A stretch of DNA of 64,000 nt from the NCBI GenBank assembly GCA_963802945.1, contig CAWDKY010000033.1:1-64000 (forward strand), written 5' to 3'. Shown here in pieces: positions 63,797 through 64,000 of this stretch; within the stretch, counting starts at the first letter, position 1, and every line of letters starts with the position of its first letter. The notes below the pieces were generated by a model that did not search any database, was not told the DNA's origin, and was given only the letters and a program-made list of their open reading frames with translations. This stretch comes from an uncultured delta proteobacterium. GTDB lineage: Bacteria > Desulfobacterota > RBG-13-43-22. The position numbers and the translations under genes were made by a program.

Positions 63797-64000
63797 ATGA
63801 AAGATGAAAAAAAGACCAAGGCGCAGCTTATCAAGGAGTTGGAGGAACTGCGCCGGCAGGTTGCCGAACGGAAAAAGTCTGAAACTGAACGCCTGTTTGC
63901 CAAACAGGCGGGCAAGCGGGCGGAGGAGGCCCTGCGGGAGAGCGAAAAGACCTTTAGGACTTTAGCCGAGAACGCCAATGATGGCATTTTTATAACCGTG
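63797..64000 (+). CDS. N-terminus of a PAS-domain signalling protein (partial)
   Basis: MKDEKKTKAQLIKELEELRRQVAE...AEEALRESEKTFRTLAENANDGIF; open to the window end. Confidence 0.85.
   Translation, partial: MKDEKKTKAQLIKELEELRRQVAERKKSETERLFAKQAGKRAEEALRESEKTFRTLAENANDGIFITV

Noticed and set aside
1-64000. CRISPR array or cas genes
   Set aside because: No regularly spaced direct repeats with unique spacers and no cas-like ORFs; the repeats are inverted and dispersed.

Overview
Chromosomal window from an anaerobic deltaproteobacterium (Desulfobacterota/Syntrophales-like; inferred from gene content only). Most of it is housekeeping and acyl-CoA metabolism: frdCAB, glnS, tpiA-secG-tRNA-Leu(GAG), hppA, paaK, sucCD, queH, two thiolases, three crotonases, 4-hydroxybutyryl-CoA dehydratase, two-component systems, and a DUF1998 helicase fused to a DEDD exonuclease. 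About 15 genes carry single-base frameshifts, most likely long-read assembly errors. The most unusual locus is 34.3-37.8 kb (minus strand): an integrase-less integron-like cassette region. It has a Pc-like promoter, two copies of an attI-like motif, attC-bounded gene cassettes, and an embedded Y1/RAYT-like HUH transposase with 25-bp GGGTCAGG inverted repeats. Both cassette runs are cut off at a (G/A)GGG(A/T)CA motif. A further lone cassette lies at 61.6-62.2 kb. Intergenic DNA is rich in repeats: 7/8-nt-period hairpin elements, a MITE family, REP-like doublets, and a duplicated PEP-CTERM-tail/terminator module. All alignments, counts and structures were judged by eye; no database search was run.
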